Shown: positions 29,701 to 40,400 of the stretch, one piece after another
Numbering within the stretch: the stretch's first letter is position 1
How the letters are laid out: each line of letters begins with the position of its first letter
Assembly: GCA_047967505.1 (NCBI GenBank)
Contig: CM106538.1
DNA from: Dipteris shenzhenensis
Taxonomy: Eukaryota
Direction: 5' to 3' (one strand)
DNA: 64,000 bases
Notes under the pieces: generated by a model
The model's input: the letters and a program-made list of their open reading frames with translations, nothing else
Databases searched by the model: none
Told to the model about the DNA's origin: nothing
Program-made: the position numbers and the translations under genes

Positions 29701-31776
29701 GTCTGACACATTCACATCACCAAGGAGCTCTGGAGGCCATTCTCGATCCAACAATTTCCGATGGCGACCACAAACAAATGGGCCAGTGCTTCCCCCTGCC
29801 CAATACCAAATGAGATCGCATTTTTCTCAGTCCAACACTGCAGACATGACAGTCACTGCTCTGGCGAGCCCTGCAAACCTGACAACTAAGTTCTACATCA
29901 TGGACCATGTAGCCTCCGAACATGTAAAGCTATTGAGTAAAAGAGCAAAATTCCCCTGGGTTGCAACGAGTTCTAAGCCAACATTCATTTCAATCCAAAG
30001 CTGCAGACATGATTATCACTGCTCTGGCGAGCTGTGCAAACCTGAGAGCCAAGGTTCTACATAATGAGCCATGTGGCCTTCCACTACTGAGTAAAAGAGG
30101 GCAGCTAGTATTCAATTCTGGACTGAGCCAAATATGAAGCCTCCCATACCACAAGCTCGTGGAAAGTACTCTTTACTCCTCAACAAGCACCAAGGAGCTC
30201 CGGAGGCCATTCTCGCATCCAACAATTTCCAATGGCGACCACAAACAAATGGCCAGTGCTTCCCCCTTCCCAATACCAAATGAGATAGCATTTTTCTCAG
30301 TCCAACACTGCAGACATGACAGTCACTGCTCTGGCGAGCCCTGCAAACCTGACAACTAAGTTCTACATAATGGACCATGTGGCCTACGAACATGTAAAGC
30401 TACTGAGTAAAAGAGCACAATTCCCCTGGGTTGCAAGGGGTTCTAAGCCAACATTCATCTCAATCCAAAGCTGCACACATGATTATCACTGCTCTGGCGA
30501 GCTCTGCAAACCTGAGAACCAAGGTTCTACATAATGAGCCATGTGGCCTTCCGCTGCTGAGTAAAAGAGGGCAGCTAGTATTCAATTCTGGACTGAGTCA
30601 ATTAACATGTACACGCTTGTGAGAGACTTGAGCTTACATGTCTGTTACATTCACATGGTCGTATGGGAAGTGAGTCTCTTGTAAAACCAAAATCTGGCCT
30701 AGCGGGAGCTTCGATATTAATTTATTCCTATAGTGCCTCTACCTTATCGGCGAGTCCTAAATAAAGCATTCGGTAAAGCTGCAGGAGCCATGAGTCACCG
30801 TTGCAATACGTCCTGCACAGATCCTCATCAGTGACCCTCATAAGCATTCATTCGCAGCTGCCTTAGCTCCAAAAAATATTCCCTACTCCAACTGCACTGA
30901 TTAAATTCAAAGATCCTTCATTTCGTTTCCCCCTTAGAGTGCATTCCCACGAGGCTGGAATCCTCAACCAAAAGGGAAAGTAGGAAATTCTTGCCATTAA
31001 TGGACGACTCCACAAAGGTTGGAAAATTTTAAAGAGCTCCTATTTTCAAGGCTAACATCAATGTCTTTTCTATGGGGAGGGGGGGGGGGGATCCTAACAT
31101 CAAGCTTTTGGGAGGTAGAAGCTCCGGTTATATAGCTTCATCTCCAGCAATAGAAAGGCCTGATTGATCCCATAGGAGACGGGGAGAACCTTGCGAGGAT
31201 GCCACCAGACCTTGTTTTTCCACATCTGCTATTTTTTGTGGACAAAGCGAGTATGCTCTCTTACTAAGGACGCCTCCCACATCGGAGCACTTGCCTTCAT
31301 GGGGCCTTAGACATGATGACAACACTTAAAATAATACTGGATTGGAATCTTTCACGTGATAGAGAGCGTCGAGACCAGCGTCACGATAGAGATAATCAGG
31401 TACATGAGCTGACAATTAGAAGGGGCATGATATTGATTTATAATTCGATTAGTTGAGTGCCAAAGTATTAAGCATGTATAGTCTCCATAGAGACTTCTAT
31501 ACAGTATAAGAAGAACTTCTTACTTGCGCATTTGTCTAAGATTTATCATTTTAACATTGATTAGCTATCAACCACAATTTGATACTAGCGCGCGTGCAAA
31601 GATATGAAGCCCTTTCCTGCACTGCGGTCTTTTTCTCTAACATGGAGAAGTTCAATATGAAGTTTGACAAACTCAGATAAGCATCAGACCTGCCGTTGAT
31701 CCAAGTCCTGCGGAGGAGGCCTGACAAGGGACGACGACTGCAGGCTTCGAAGCCATTTCTGGCGGGGAAGCGACAT
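690..31776 (-). CDS. GI: GIGANTEA, complete 14-exon gene (~1185 aa)
   Basis: Exons 31690-31776, 23914-23985, 23715-23769, 23459-23601, 22940-23226, 22700-22758, 22283-22523, 22025-22175, 10343-10555, 8674-10245, 8477-8545, 7884-8105, 7652-7735, 690-992. All introns are GT-AG with consistent phases, total 3558 nt. Diagnostic GI peptides: FILHHPEHGHA, SEQWALACGEILRVLTHYNRPIYK, CGGVMGKYAAG, QLMPSTPRWAVANGA, LLEAPPSWAPDALDAAVQLVELLRAAEDY, LPRNWLHLHFLR, CLSHNSAHVRALS. Confidence 0.97.
1022..1063. repeat. (TC)21 microsatellite near the 3' end of GI intron 13
   Basis: Directly visible. Confidence 0.95.
1558..1979. mobile_element. Possible solo LTR
   Basis: GC-rich block ending GGGGGGTCTTCA and flanked by GCAGA on both sides (1553-1557, 1980-1984); however, the left end does not start with TG. 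Confidence 0.35.
2857..2926. repeat. Compound (AG)n(TG)n microsatellite
   Basis: Directly visible. Confidence 0.93.
3494..6172 (-). mobile_element. 5'-truncated Ty1/Copia element in GI intron 13 (3' LTR ~3494-3772, PPT, RNaseH-RT-partial integrase)
   Basis: RT YVDDML, RNaseH DSDWAG and FHARTKHIEVH, integrase YYFVTFIDDF. LTR and internal sequence are clearly homologous to the 14567-20880 element; CCCCCTCC (PPT on the minus strand) sits next to the LTR. Confidence 0.9.
6175..6879. mobile_element. LTR-like block that truncates the Copia, with an internal hairpin and a ~92-bp tandem duplication
   Basis: Starts TG, ends GGGGTCACA; inverted repeat at ~6430-6520; near-identical repeat at 6521-6613 and ~6613-6717; no convincing 5-bp TSD. 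Confidence 0.5.
7180..7558. repeat. Two-copy tandem duplication, period 200 bp
   Basis: TGTAACTAATAGGGCTACATA at 7194 and 7394, with similarity continuing to AACAGTA at ~7358 and ~7558. Confidence 0.9.
7652..7735 (-). CDS. GI: GI exon 13 (LLEATAVATQ...SALLK)
   Basis: 84 nt, AG/GT flanks. Confidence 0.9.
7884..8105 (-). CDS. GI: GI exon 12
   Basis: AERDVQVW...VDGEACTMSQLE. Confidence 0.94.
8477..8545 (-). CDS. GI: GI exon 11 (VVEALCNIALVYPVKAASVIVFQ)
   Basis: 69 nt, AG/GT flanks; corresponds to the VVDALCN...VVLQ segment of GI. Confidence 0.9.
8674..10245 (-). CDS. GI: GI exon 10 (large exon)
   Basis: Lies within the 533-aa ORF; HGPDVEWRICTLWE, DLPELVVATPLQPP, FDSYIVAAVCALACE, GWRQ. The acceptor could be 10245 or 10248. 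Confidence 0.95.
10343..10555 (-). CDS. GI: GI exon 9
   Basis: LPRNWLHLHFLR...GIAADAAAALLFR; AG/GT flanks. Confidence 0.95.
11437..12514 (-). mobile_element. 5'-truncated L1-type LINE (ORF2 C-terminal zf-RVT region plus A-rich tail)
   Basis: KITLFFWLSIHGGIAVN...CPRC...EELVRHCLWDC...VW and WHIWRARC motifs; A-rich tail at ~11440-11459 on the minus strand; CAATTA on both flanks is a weak possible TSD. Confidence 0.88.
14567..20880 (-). mobile_element. Full-length, decayed Ty1/Copia LTR retrotransposon in GI intron 8
   Basis: 281-bp TG..CA LTRs at 14567-14847 and 20600-20880; TSD ATCAA (14562-14566, 20881-20885); PBS TGGTATCAGAGC (iMet) at ~20587-20598; PPT at ~14850; gag (DGTNYPMW, CCHC CNYCRKRGHDIFEC), protease WFFDSGASKH, GAG-pre-integrase, integrase, RT and RNaseH, all with frameshifts. 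Confidence 0.97.
15867..16132. mobile_element. 266-bp solo LTR inserted in the RT of the Copia
   Basis: TG..CA ends, 13-bp imperfect terminal inverted repeat (TGCAGTGAAGGTG / CACCTTCATTACA), TSD AAATC on both sides; absent at the matching site (~4795) of the sister copy. Confidence 0.88.
22025..22175 (-). CDS. GI: GI exon 8
   Basis: YYAIATPGATQRL...LLRAAEDYSSSMQ. Confidence 0.95.
22283..22523 (-). CDS. GI: GI exon 7
   Basis: QLMPSTPRWAVANGA...LEPYARLFHR. Confidence 0.95.
22700..22758 (-). CDS. GI: GI exon 6 (CGGVMGKYAAGGELKPPTT)
   Basis: 59 nt, AG/GT flanks, phases fit both neighbours. Confidence 0.94.
22940..23226 (-). CDS. GI: GI exon 5
   Basis: SEQWALACGEILRVLTHYNRPIYK...SDYFRW; AG/GT flanks. 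Confidence 0.95.
23459..23601 (-). CDS. GI: GI exon 4
   Basis: FILHHPEHGHA...PFRSFISLFSPSCE; AG/GT flanks. Confidence 0.95.
23715..23769 (-). CDS. GI: GI exon 3 (LVRNHYPHEEVCLLDDVL)
   Basis: AG/GT flanks, 55 nt; LLDDVL motif; too short to appear in the ORF track. Confidence 0.92.
23914..23985 (-). CDS. GI: GI exon 2 (TEILAYVELFGQFASEAFGNDISE)
   Basis: AG/GT flanks, 72 nt; AYVE.FGQF motif. Confidence 0.93.
24601..24990. repeat. Near-perfect 195-bp tandem duplication
   Basis: Units 24601-24795 and 24796-24990, about 2 differences by eye. Confidence 0.95.
25275..27158 (-). mobile_element. Non-autonomous LTR element (TRIM/LARD-like), 1.9 kb
   Basis: LTRs 25275-25799 and 26674-27158 (TG..CA); TSD GCACT (25270-25274, 27159-27163); PBS TGGTATCAGA next to 26674; PPT-like GCGAGGGAGGG next to 25799; 874-bp interior with no recognisable gag/pol motif. 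Confidence 0.88.
29215..30657. repeat. Three-copy higher-order tandem repeat (units ~410-530 bp with internal subrepeats)
   Basis: CCAAATATGAAGCCTCCCATACC at ~29215 and ~30128; an internal CTGCAAACCTGA-type motif occurs twice per unit. Confidence 0.9.
31690..31776 (-). CDS. GI: GI exon 1 (MSLPRQKWLRSLQSSSLVRPPPQDLDQRQ)
   Basis: ATG at 31776, GT donor at 31689-31688; resembles the GI N-terminal W..LQ.SSL..PPP.D motif; phase 0 joins exon 2. Confidence 0.9.
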
Positions 31777-32186
31777 GGAAGCTAGCGAATTGCAAATCCT
31801 AAGCTGTGCTGGGTGGAGGAGTCGGAGCTCCGAGAGCCGTACAGTCAGAGGAATCTGACGTAGACGACGATTCCGCCAAATCCAGCAGCTGGGAGGTAAG
31901 CGTGGTGACTGCGGCGGAAATGTCGATCAGCAGGTTCGTTGGAGATCATCATGGGGGGGGGGGGAAAGGATAAGGTTGGGCGAGGAAGGAGGAGGAGAAG
32001 CGGGAAGCTAACGATGAAGAGGTCGACAGAGCCTCGAGGAGCTATGGAGGGAGGAAGGGGAAGATGAAGCGTTTAGGACTTGAGACGATCTGCACGGAGC
32101 TATGCCGATGAAGAAGAAGATGAAGAAGAACAGAAAAAAAAAAGTTATTATTTCGGAAGACGAAAGCTAAGACAGAGAAGATGATT

Positions 32187-32435
32187 ACGTGGCAACCCCC
32201 TTCCCTGACTTGTCCTTGACCCTCATTGGCTCCCCAGCGCACTTGCTTGCCCCGTCATCTCCACGTGGACCCACCGCATATCGTATATCTTGTGCCCTTG
32301 CCCTTCTCCGCGCATTATTTGATCCTCCCCCACCCCCCACTCCGGAACAAAATATCTCGCATCCAACGGCTCCCCGCCCCTCCACGCCTCCCTCCTCCAC
32401 ACGTGGCCCTATCTTAGCACCCCTGAAGATATTTT
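32187..32435 (-). promoter_or_regulatory. GI proximal promoter: two Evening Elements, three G-box/ABRE motifs and a CCAAT box
   Basis: AAAATATCT at 32349-32357 (+) and 32427-32435 (-); ACGTGGC at 32187-32193; CCACGTGG at 32261-32268; CACGTGGC at 32400-32407; CCAAT (minus strand) at 32225-32229. All lie in a CpG-rich island 0.4-0.7 kb upstream of the ATG. Confidence 0.75.
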
Positions 32436-35400
32436 GCTCTCGCGATCTGCTGCACCGGCTAACGCCGGTTGTCATCGGGATTATAGTGCGGATACTTGAC
32501 AAAGTGGCAGCACCGTACTGCTGTAGCCATCCCCTATCACGGGTCACCTGGCGGTCTCGTGCTTTCCCATTGCCGGTCGAGTACAACGGTCAAAGTTGGC
32601 TTTCATAGTGTCACGTACAATATAGGCCATTTTGAACCTTTGCTAATTGGCCATCATTTTTCTCGGGAAATATAAAAAACGTTATATTAGCCCTCATCAT
32701 GTAGAAGATTTTTCTCACCCATGTGGCTGATGAACCCGCCTCTCAAGCTCCAAATCCCCTCCATGGTAAGCCTGGCTATACACCGCCAGCCCAAGCCACA
32801 CTCAACTTGAGGGCAACGCATTTAGCAAGTGACTATCTAGACACATTTTTGGCAAGCACACAAACACATAGCACTCCAAACGGCTACACAATTTTGGCAT
32901 AATGCTCTTCGAACGGCTACATAGAGAGGTGGCAGAGAGAAGCTCCCCTGCCTACAATCCATGGAAAAGAGGGCTGAGAGGAGCATGAATGCTCCCCTTA
33001 CAAGAAAGGACTTCAAAGATATGTGTGTATGGTGAGGAAGCCGCAAGCGATAGCCTAGTGGTAGGGTTGCATGCCTACTTGGGTGACAGCCCTCGTTCGA
33101 TCCCCAAGGGAGGTAGAGGCAAGGCAGGTGCCCCTGGATAGCCTTAAATCGCGTCTGAGTGGTTGGTTGTGTTTATATGTGCGTATGCAAGCTACAGCCA
33201 CCAAGGGTATTCTTCCACTACGATTAGACCTTCTACGCTGAATTAGGCATCCACCCACAGTGTGTCACCGCCCTCATGTGCCTCACAAGGACAGCAGCAA
33301 TTCACAAGCCCAAGCTTTTACTAGTATCATACGAGTGTTAAATGACAATAAATGGTTTCATATGTTTTGCATGGAGGCATGAAATAGGGATCGTTGGGAA
33401 GTCTTTTGTCTCGATGAATGAAAAAGTCAAGGGAGTAAGGCCACTTATAAGCTTGAGTTTTCGATTGGGTGCAAGATATGGTGAAGACATGTTCGAGATG
33501 AAGGATATGGCTGATAATTGACCTTAGATTTTACAAATTTTTTCCTTGTTCACAAAGTTGTAGAAGCTAACACTCCATGTGGTAGGGTAGTCAACCTTGT
33601 TTTTCAAAGTCATGTTTGTGCCAACGATAGGTGCGTGAGAGGGTAGTGAGAGTGTCATTTCTTTAAAGTTCTATCATTTTGCTATTGCATACATTGGAGT
33701 CCTTTGTCAGCAAGATAAGGTAGTAATGGTGGAGCCAAATAGATATCATGAGGGGTGACGAGGATGAAGGATTTTATGTAGAGATGTTACCTTACTATCA
33801 CTAAGCAAATCAGCCACCATTAATGACTTGAAAAGAGTTATTTATTCACACACTGTGTATGCTTTACCAGGATGATACGTAAAATCGTTGCTTTCATAGC
33901 AAACATAGAGACAATTATCACTACTACAATTGCTCTACATTGATATGTTGTGGAGACACTTGGACTCTTTTAGCTACTTCTGAACATATGTTCAAAATGT
34001 GTACTAGCAATACTCACATGGTACTTGCAAGTAACAGGTTATGTAGGTAGTGTATGAGTCTTGACTTTTGCCCCCCCCCATAAGAAAGAGATATAGTCAT
34101 GCATGTATAGTTATGCATGACGATGTGGCCTTGCACTATCCACTGGTGCAATTATAGTCATGCATCTTTAACCTATTAACCAAGGACATGAGAAAAAAAA
34201 AAAAAAAGAGGACACATGGTAGCTTGGAGGAGAAGAACCTACCACATGTCACAAAGAAGGAGCTCTTGGATGGAGGCTTGGAGAGGGGAGGAGGTGGAAA
34301 GACAAGAGGTAGCTTTAGGGGAAAGGAGGAGACTGAAGGTCAATGGAATGGAGGAGATGGAAGTTCAACTTTGGGAGGAAGGAGGAGATGGAGGGTTAAT
34401 GGAATGAAAGGAGGAGATGGAAGGTCTCAAAGCCATGGGTTAAGACAAATTTTAAAAGCCAATCCAAGTATGAAAGGTGACTTGATTAGCAATTAAGAAT
34501 CGATCATTTTGCTGGCTGGCTGAGGAAAGATCCACCTTCAGATGGGAAGTGGTTGAGGACGATCATGTATATTTGTTTGTGCAAAGCATGGGTTCAGTAC
34601 TCATGTATAGTTATGCATGATGATGTAGCCATGGACTATGCACTAATGCAATTTGTGATGAATTGTGAGCTCAACATGAGGGCAAAATGTACAAAAGAGA
34701 AGCCTATGAGCACAACCTTGTATGATGGTAGGACAAACAAGCAAATATGTGGGCAATTTGATGAATGGAGGGCCATGCAAAGCATGTCTAAAGTATTGAA
34801 GGCGTTTGATAAGGTAAATAATGCTAAGAGAGTAACATCTTCTTATCATGATAAAATCATGCAACTTTGGGAATAAGTGCAACAATTGGAAGATTTGTCT
34901 CACATGTATACAAATTTTGCCATTTCTTGCCAACATTTATGGAATACCATCAGCTTAATGGAGCATCTAAAAGGGCCAAACATAGAAAAATCTAAAAAAC
35001 CACTTTTGTACCATAATGTGTAAACCAATGTGAAGATATTGTGGCTAAGAATGAGCATAGCACTACAATTTAGTTTTAACTGATTTGGGAGGTCTTAACT
35101 ATGTTAGATATTGATGGAGGAGGGCACTTCTTCATTTTGGATGAGTTGCCCATAGGCAATATTGTGCTCATATTAATTATGTAAGTTCTAGCATTGTGGT
35201 GGAAGTACCAACTCAACAAATCTGAGCGCAAATACAAACTTGCCATGCAAGTGTGTGTATGCATGCGAAAGTGTCTCTTGTTATAGGAGCTTGCCCCTTA
35301 ATGGTGTTGTTTTTTTCCTACAAGTGTCCTTTTTTCTAAGCATACATCTTATAAATCTTCCCACCTGTTAGAGATAAGAGGAGTGACATGAGTGCACAAT

Positions 35401-35759
35401 TACAAGAGAAGACTAAACACATGGATGATCCATGAGGATGCTCAAAACCAACAATCTCACTAATTATACACTAGGTTTTCCATTTAGGTCTTGTAGACCT
35501 TAGTCTATGTAAAAATTAGGTGAAAATACTTCATAATTCTCATCAACTCCTCTTGAATTGCAATTCAAGAGTAGAGGGTACATTACATCTTCTGTTTTCT
35601 ACTTTTTCAAATAACAAATAAAATATGCAATGTTTTCTTTTATTTTCTTTCAAATGAAAGATAAAAGATGTAAAGTTGAAATCAAAGTGTGTGATCTCAA
35701 CAATGTAGAAGGAGATCTATACACATTGAATCCTTAATCTACTGAGTACTCTTCTTTTA

Positions 35760-37400
35760 CATTGCACTCCATTCTTCCAAATGTCAAGTTGTTGTCAAGA
35801 GCATGAAAACTTGTATGAAGTAATAGTTTTGTGAATATGTCAGTGACATATTTTTATGTTTCAAATAATGAGATAGCTCTATCTCTTTGCCAAGAAAGTC
35901 TTCACTCCTCCAAGAACCAAGAACCTTTTCATTCCACCAAGAAATACTAAATTAGGTCTACCTCTCCACTAAGAACCAAGTTGTTGTCAAAAACATGTCC
36001 AAAGTAAATGGTTTTTTTAAATATGTTAGTGACACATTATTGTCTTAAACAATGAATCAGTTATATCTCTCCACAAAACGAATTTTTTCTGATGTAATGC
36101 ACTTTAATATGTTTTGTTCTTGCATGAAAAATCATTTGTAATCTCGTTTATTACAACAAAAAAGGTCTCTTGAAAATAACACACTTTTTTATTAAACTAT
36201 TTCAAACCTATTGCTTCAGATGTGTTGTTATTAAACTATTTCAAGCTTATTACTTTGTATCTATCTTCAATTTGTGAAAACCAAAAGATTTGTTAATCTC
36301 ATGCTTTCATTGGTGCGTTTCTTGTCATCAATAGTTCCTACCTAGTTGGCATCTGTTCATCCAAGTAAATCAAGATGTGTTAATCTATCATATCTCAATC
36401 CATAACTCCTTGTGCCTTCCAAGCTTCTAGTCACTCATTTTGATGCATGAAAATATGTTTTCCTTGGGGTTTTGTATAAACTAAAGAAAAACACCAACAA
36501 CAAATGATATGTATGGCCTTGTATTTGTCAAGGACATTAAGCTTCCAATAAGCTACCTGTGTTGATATGGATATATATTGTCATATTAATAACTTGAGAT
36601 TGCACAATGCACTCCATCAAAGTTTTGAGTGGCCTATAATCATGCAAGTAACTTTGTTTTTGCAACACATTCTCCTTGCTAAACATAACTCAAACTCTAT
36701 CTCTTGTATTCTATGCCTAGAAAATAATAAAGTTGTCCCATATCTTTGTATCAAGTTGTCCTTTATATCAAGTTTTGTTGTGATGTTGATTTTAACTTAT
36801 CAAAGACATTGAGCCATTTGGATTTACATACCGTTATCAAGCCCTCCACCTTGAGAACTATGTGAATAATTCCCTTTGGCATATTTCTTATGTAAGATAT
36901 GGATCTAATCCGATGGTGGAATCCCATACCATAAAAAACATGACTGTGAATTATAGCATTCCATAGCCTTGGTGTATTTTTCAATCCATCTAATGCATTA
37001 TTTACACAATTTATACTTTTTAAAATTTGGTTCTTTAATAACCTTATGTTTTGCCCATGCATTTCTATATTTAAACACCCATTTAAAGAGATTTTCCCCA
37101 AAATATTCAGTAAAAGCAACCCCTAAAAAAAGTCAAACTTGTCTTTCCAAGAGTGAGTGAGTAGATAATGTGCATTCTGCAATATATTATTGCACGTTTG
37201 TCAACAAACTTGAGTTTATTAATGTTGTTTTGAAAACATGTAATAATCTTCATCTGATTTACTTCCATAGGTATGTTTTCATTATGATTGTTTTGACAGT
37301 GGTATGTGAACATGTGAGCCTTCATGCAAGGCCTATTATCGAAGGGCTATCAAGTGAGAATATATAATGTTGACTAGAAGAACACATACACGGTGCTGAT
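35760..37400 (-). mobile_element. Highly degenerate Copia RT/RNaseH remnant
   Basis: FHARTKHIKVHY at ~36090-36130 and VTDIFTK at ~35830 on the minus strand; many stops; boundaries approximate. Confidence 0.65.
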
Positions 37401-40400
37401 GAGATGACCTCATTAACATGGATAACAAACTAGAAATGCAAGATGATAAAGCAAGCAAAGAGTAGGTGGGTAGTTCCCTAGCTTCACATACATCAACAAG
37501 GTCTTCCAATGACTCATTAGAAGGGCAACATTCAAAGTTAGATGAGGATGAACATAATAGTGAAAAGCTAAAAAATATATTGACAATTGAAAATTAATTG
37601 CATATTCATATAGCCCATCCATGTTTTTAGAACTTGATTAATTTATATGGGAATTATCCCCAAACCTCTATTGTCCTCAAAGTTATAAGTTTGTTTGGAC
37701 ATCTGTATTATGAGCTTCGTATTCATTAAATAAGCAAGATTAAGTTAGATTTTTAGAGCTATAATTTGGGCTCTAAGACATGCAAGTCATCCAAAAAAGA
37801 AACATGTTACGATTTTTGATATCCAAAGTTCTTTTTTCAGGTCAAAAAGTCAAAGGGTTGATTGATTTGGTCAATAATTGACTTTGACGAACTCAATTTG
37901 GTTGCCTTGAGAGTGAAAAGTCTTACAGAAGACTCATTCTTTACTAGTAAGTGAGCCACCTTTGAACTTATCATTATAGCCCTTTGAGTGCCCCATTCAA
38001 TGAGTTGTAAAACTTCATCCATATTATCATTATAGCATCTTGAGTGTCCCATTAGATGGAGATGTAAAACTTCAACCCCATCATGTTCTTGAGAGTTTGT
38101 TTCATGAAAATGTCAACAGCAAGTCATTGTTATGCATAATAGATTTGAAGGTTTACAACCTTATGAATGACTATCATAATGGTTAAATTGTGTTGCTAAG
38201 GAGATTCCAATAGTCAATGGTTTTCTTGAAATTCATCTGTAGACATTGATTAGAGTAGCTTGTAAAATTGTTTCAACTAGATCTAATATTCTAATGGTAG
38301 GGAGGAAATCAAATTACAAGTCTTAAATGAGCGGTGAATCATATGGTTGACTCGAGTGTCCCCACTAGATTAGTGCCTTGGAGTAAACCTTGAGTAGGTG
38401 TAGGTTTTGATTGAAACTTTATATAAACACATTTGATCATTTTACTTAGATTCATTTCATTTTCAAAAAATATATTTGACATGGTTTTGAAAATGTAATT
38501 TTAGAGAATAGTAAGTTTGGTAAGATTAACATATAATTCCTATGCAAAATGAGGGTATTGAATTCGACAATTTGAATATGAAGAGGAAAATGGCAAATAT
38601 ACATTAGAGTGAACACAATTAGGTTCCTTAGTTTATGAACTCTAGACCAAATGGGAAAATGCACATCATAGAGTAACTAACATGCTCTAACACCATGTTC
38701 TAAATTGCATCAAATATCTGATGTGGTTTTCGAATGAAACTTTGAAAATTTGGAGAAGAGAGGTAAAAGTGGTTACAACATAACCATGTACATAAAGTAC
38801 AAATTTCATCAATTCCCCTTTTGTAGTTGGTTTCAAAGGATGCTAAGTTAATGTCAAAATAAGTTTAACTTGTCGAGGAAAAGCGATTTTGTGGAGATGT
38901 CAACAACTTTGTTTTTTAAAACTAGATCTATTTCTTCGCGTAGATAACACAGCTTAGTATTTCTTGTTTTGGCATTAAACCATGGCTATTGCAAATTATT
39001 CCTAAACTTTTTTGAGATTATTTAATGCATTTGCATCAAGCATTAATACTTTATTTCCTTCTTAGTAGTAGTTAGTTGATCTACAATGCCCTTCAACTTA
39101 CAAGGTAACTAGATTTGTCTATTTGTAATGCCTTGGCAATGTTAGGTTGGTTTTCAAGGTGGTCTTTTTTTTTGCAATAAACCTATTTCCCAAATCTTCC
39201 CATGCATCAAACCAAGTGTCTTTGATAATTGGAAGCTTGACATCTTTTGCATTGAAATTGGTTAGATTGAGTGGTAGACCTGTTCTTTCTTTTGAATTAC
39301 CTTCTTATTCTTTGACTTCATCTACTTTGTATGGTATACATGGTAGTAGTATCTTTTTGTAACAATGTTCCCATTATTTATTTAGATGTTGACAAGCTTA
39401 AAACTCTAGATCTTGTTTGATGTCATCATGCATTTTCTTCATAGTTGTAGAACTAGGTACTTGAAGCATTTTGAACTTTTGGAACTCTTGCTTTCTATGT
39501 AAGTAGGGTGCCAATGAGGACATAATTGAGACTCCGATAAAAGTGACGAGTGTTAATAGAGTTGAAGGTAAATACATTTTCTCTAGACTCTATAACTGTG
39601 GAAGATGGATTAACAATTACAAAGAGGAAAAAACAAAAAGAGGGGAAGATAAAAGCTTTACATGAAGCAATAAAGGTTGACCTTATCCAACCATCAAGCT
39701 TCATCAACATGTGTGTGCTTCACAACCATTCATGTGTGTGCAAGCCAACAAAAAGAATATACTCAAAAAGACAACATGTGTGTGCTTCATAACCATTCAT
39801 GTGTGTGCAAGCCAACAAAAAGATTGCTCAAAGACAAATATGGAAGAAAAACTTCCATATTCTATCAATCCACAGACTGGACAAGTTCTCCTACTATATG
39901 CCTAGCACCTCTAGATCTCTTAGCTGGCATGCTCCACTGAGCATATGTAGACTCTTTGTCCAAAGCATCTCTTTTACCTTACTGTCTAGAAATCTAGCCT
40001 AGGTGGGCAACACCTTGAGGTAATTCTGCAGCCCTTGTAGGTCTCCTTCACTTTCTCTTTATAGGCCCAAGGATGGTCCTGTTACTACTCCTTCATGCTC
40101 CTGGTTTACTGCTCCAAGTAATGTGATATGAGGGCCCAAGTGCCCCCTTTATAAGGACTAGATAAACTGACTTAGCCCTTCTAGCATATATATACACCTC
40201 TGGGGCTCACTTGCAGACCTTTGGTTGGCCCACCCTAGCGTGGCAGGTTTCTACTAGCCCAAGTAGGCTTGCCAATGGCCCAAGCAGGTTGTGCCAATAA
40301 TTAGCCTCAATTCTAAGCCCCTAGGCCCTTCAAAACCTCCATGTTTGCTATTATTTCTATTTGCAATAGATCCGTCTGTTCAATCCTATTCTAGGCATTC

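Noticed and set aside
32185-32608. 133-139 aa ORFs on both strands upstream of GI
   Set aside because: GC-rich promoter sequence with few stops; no recognisable motifs.
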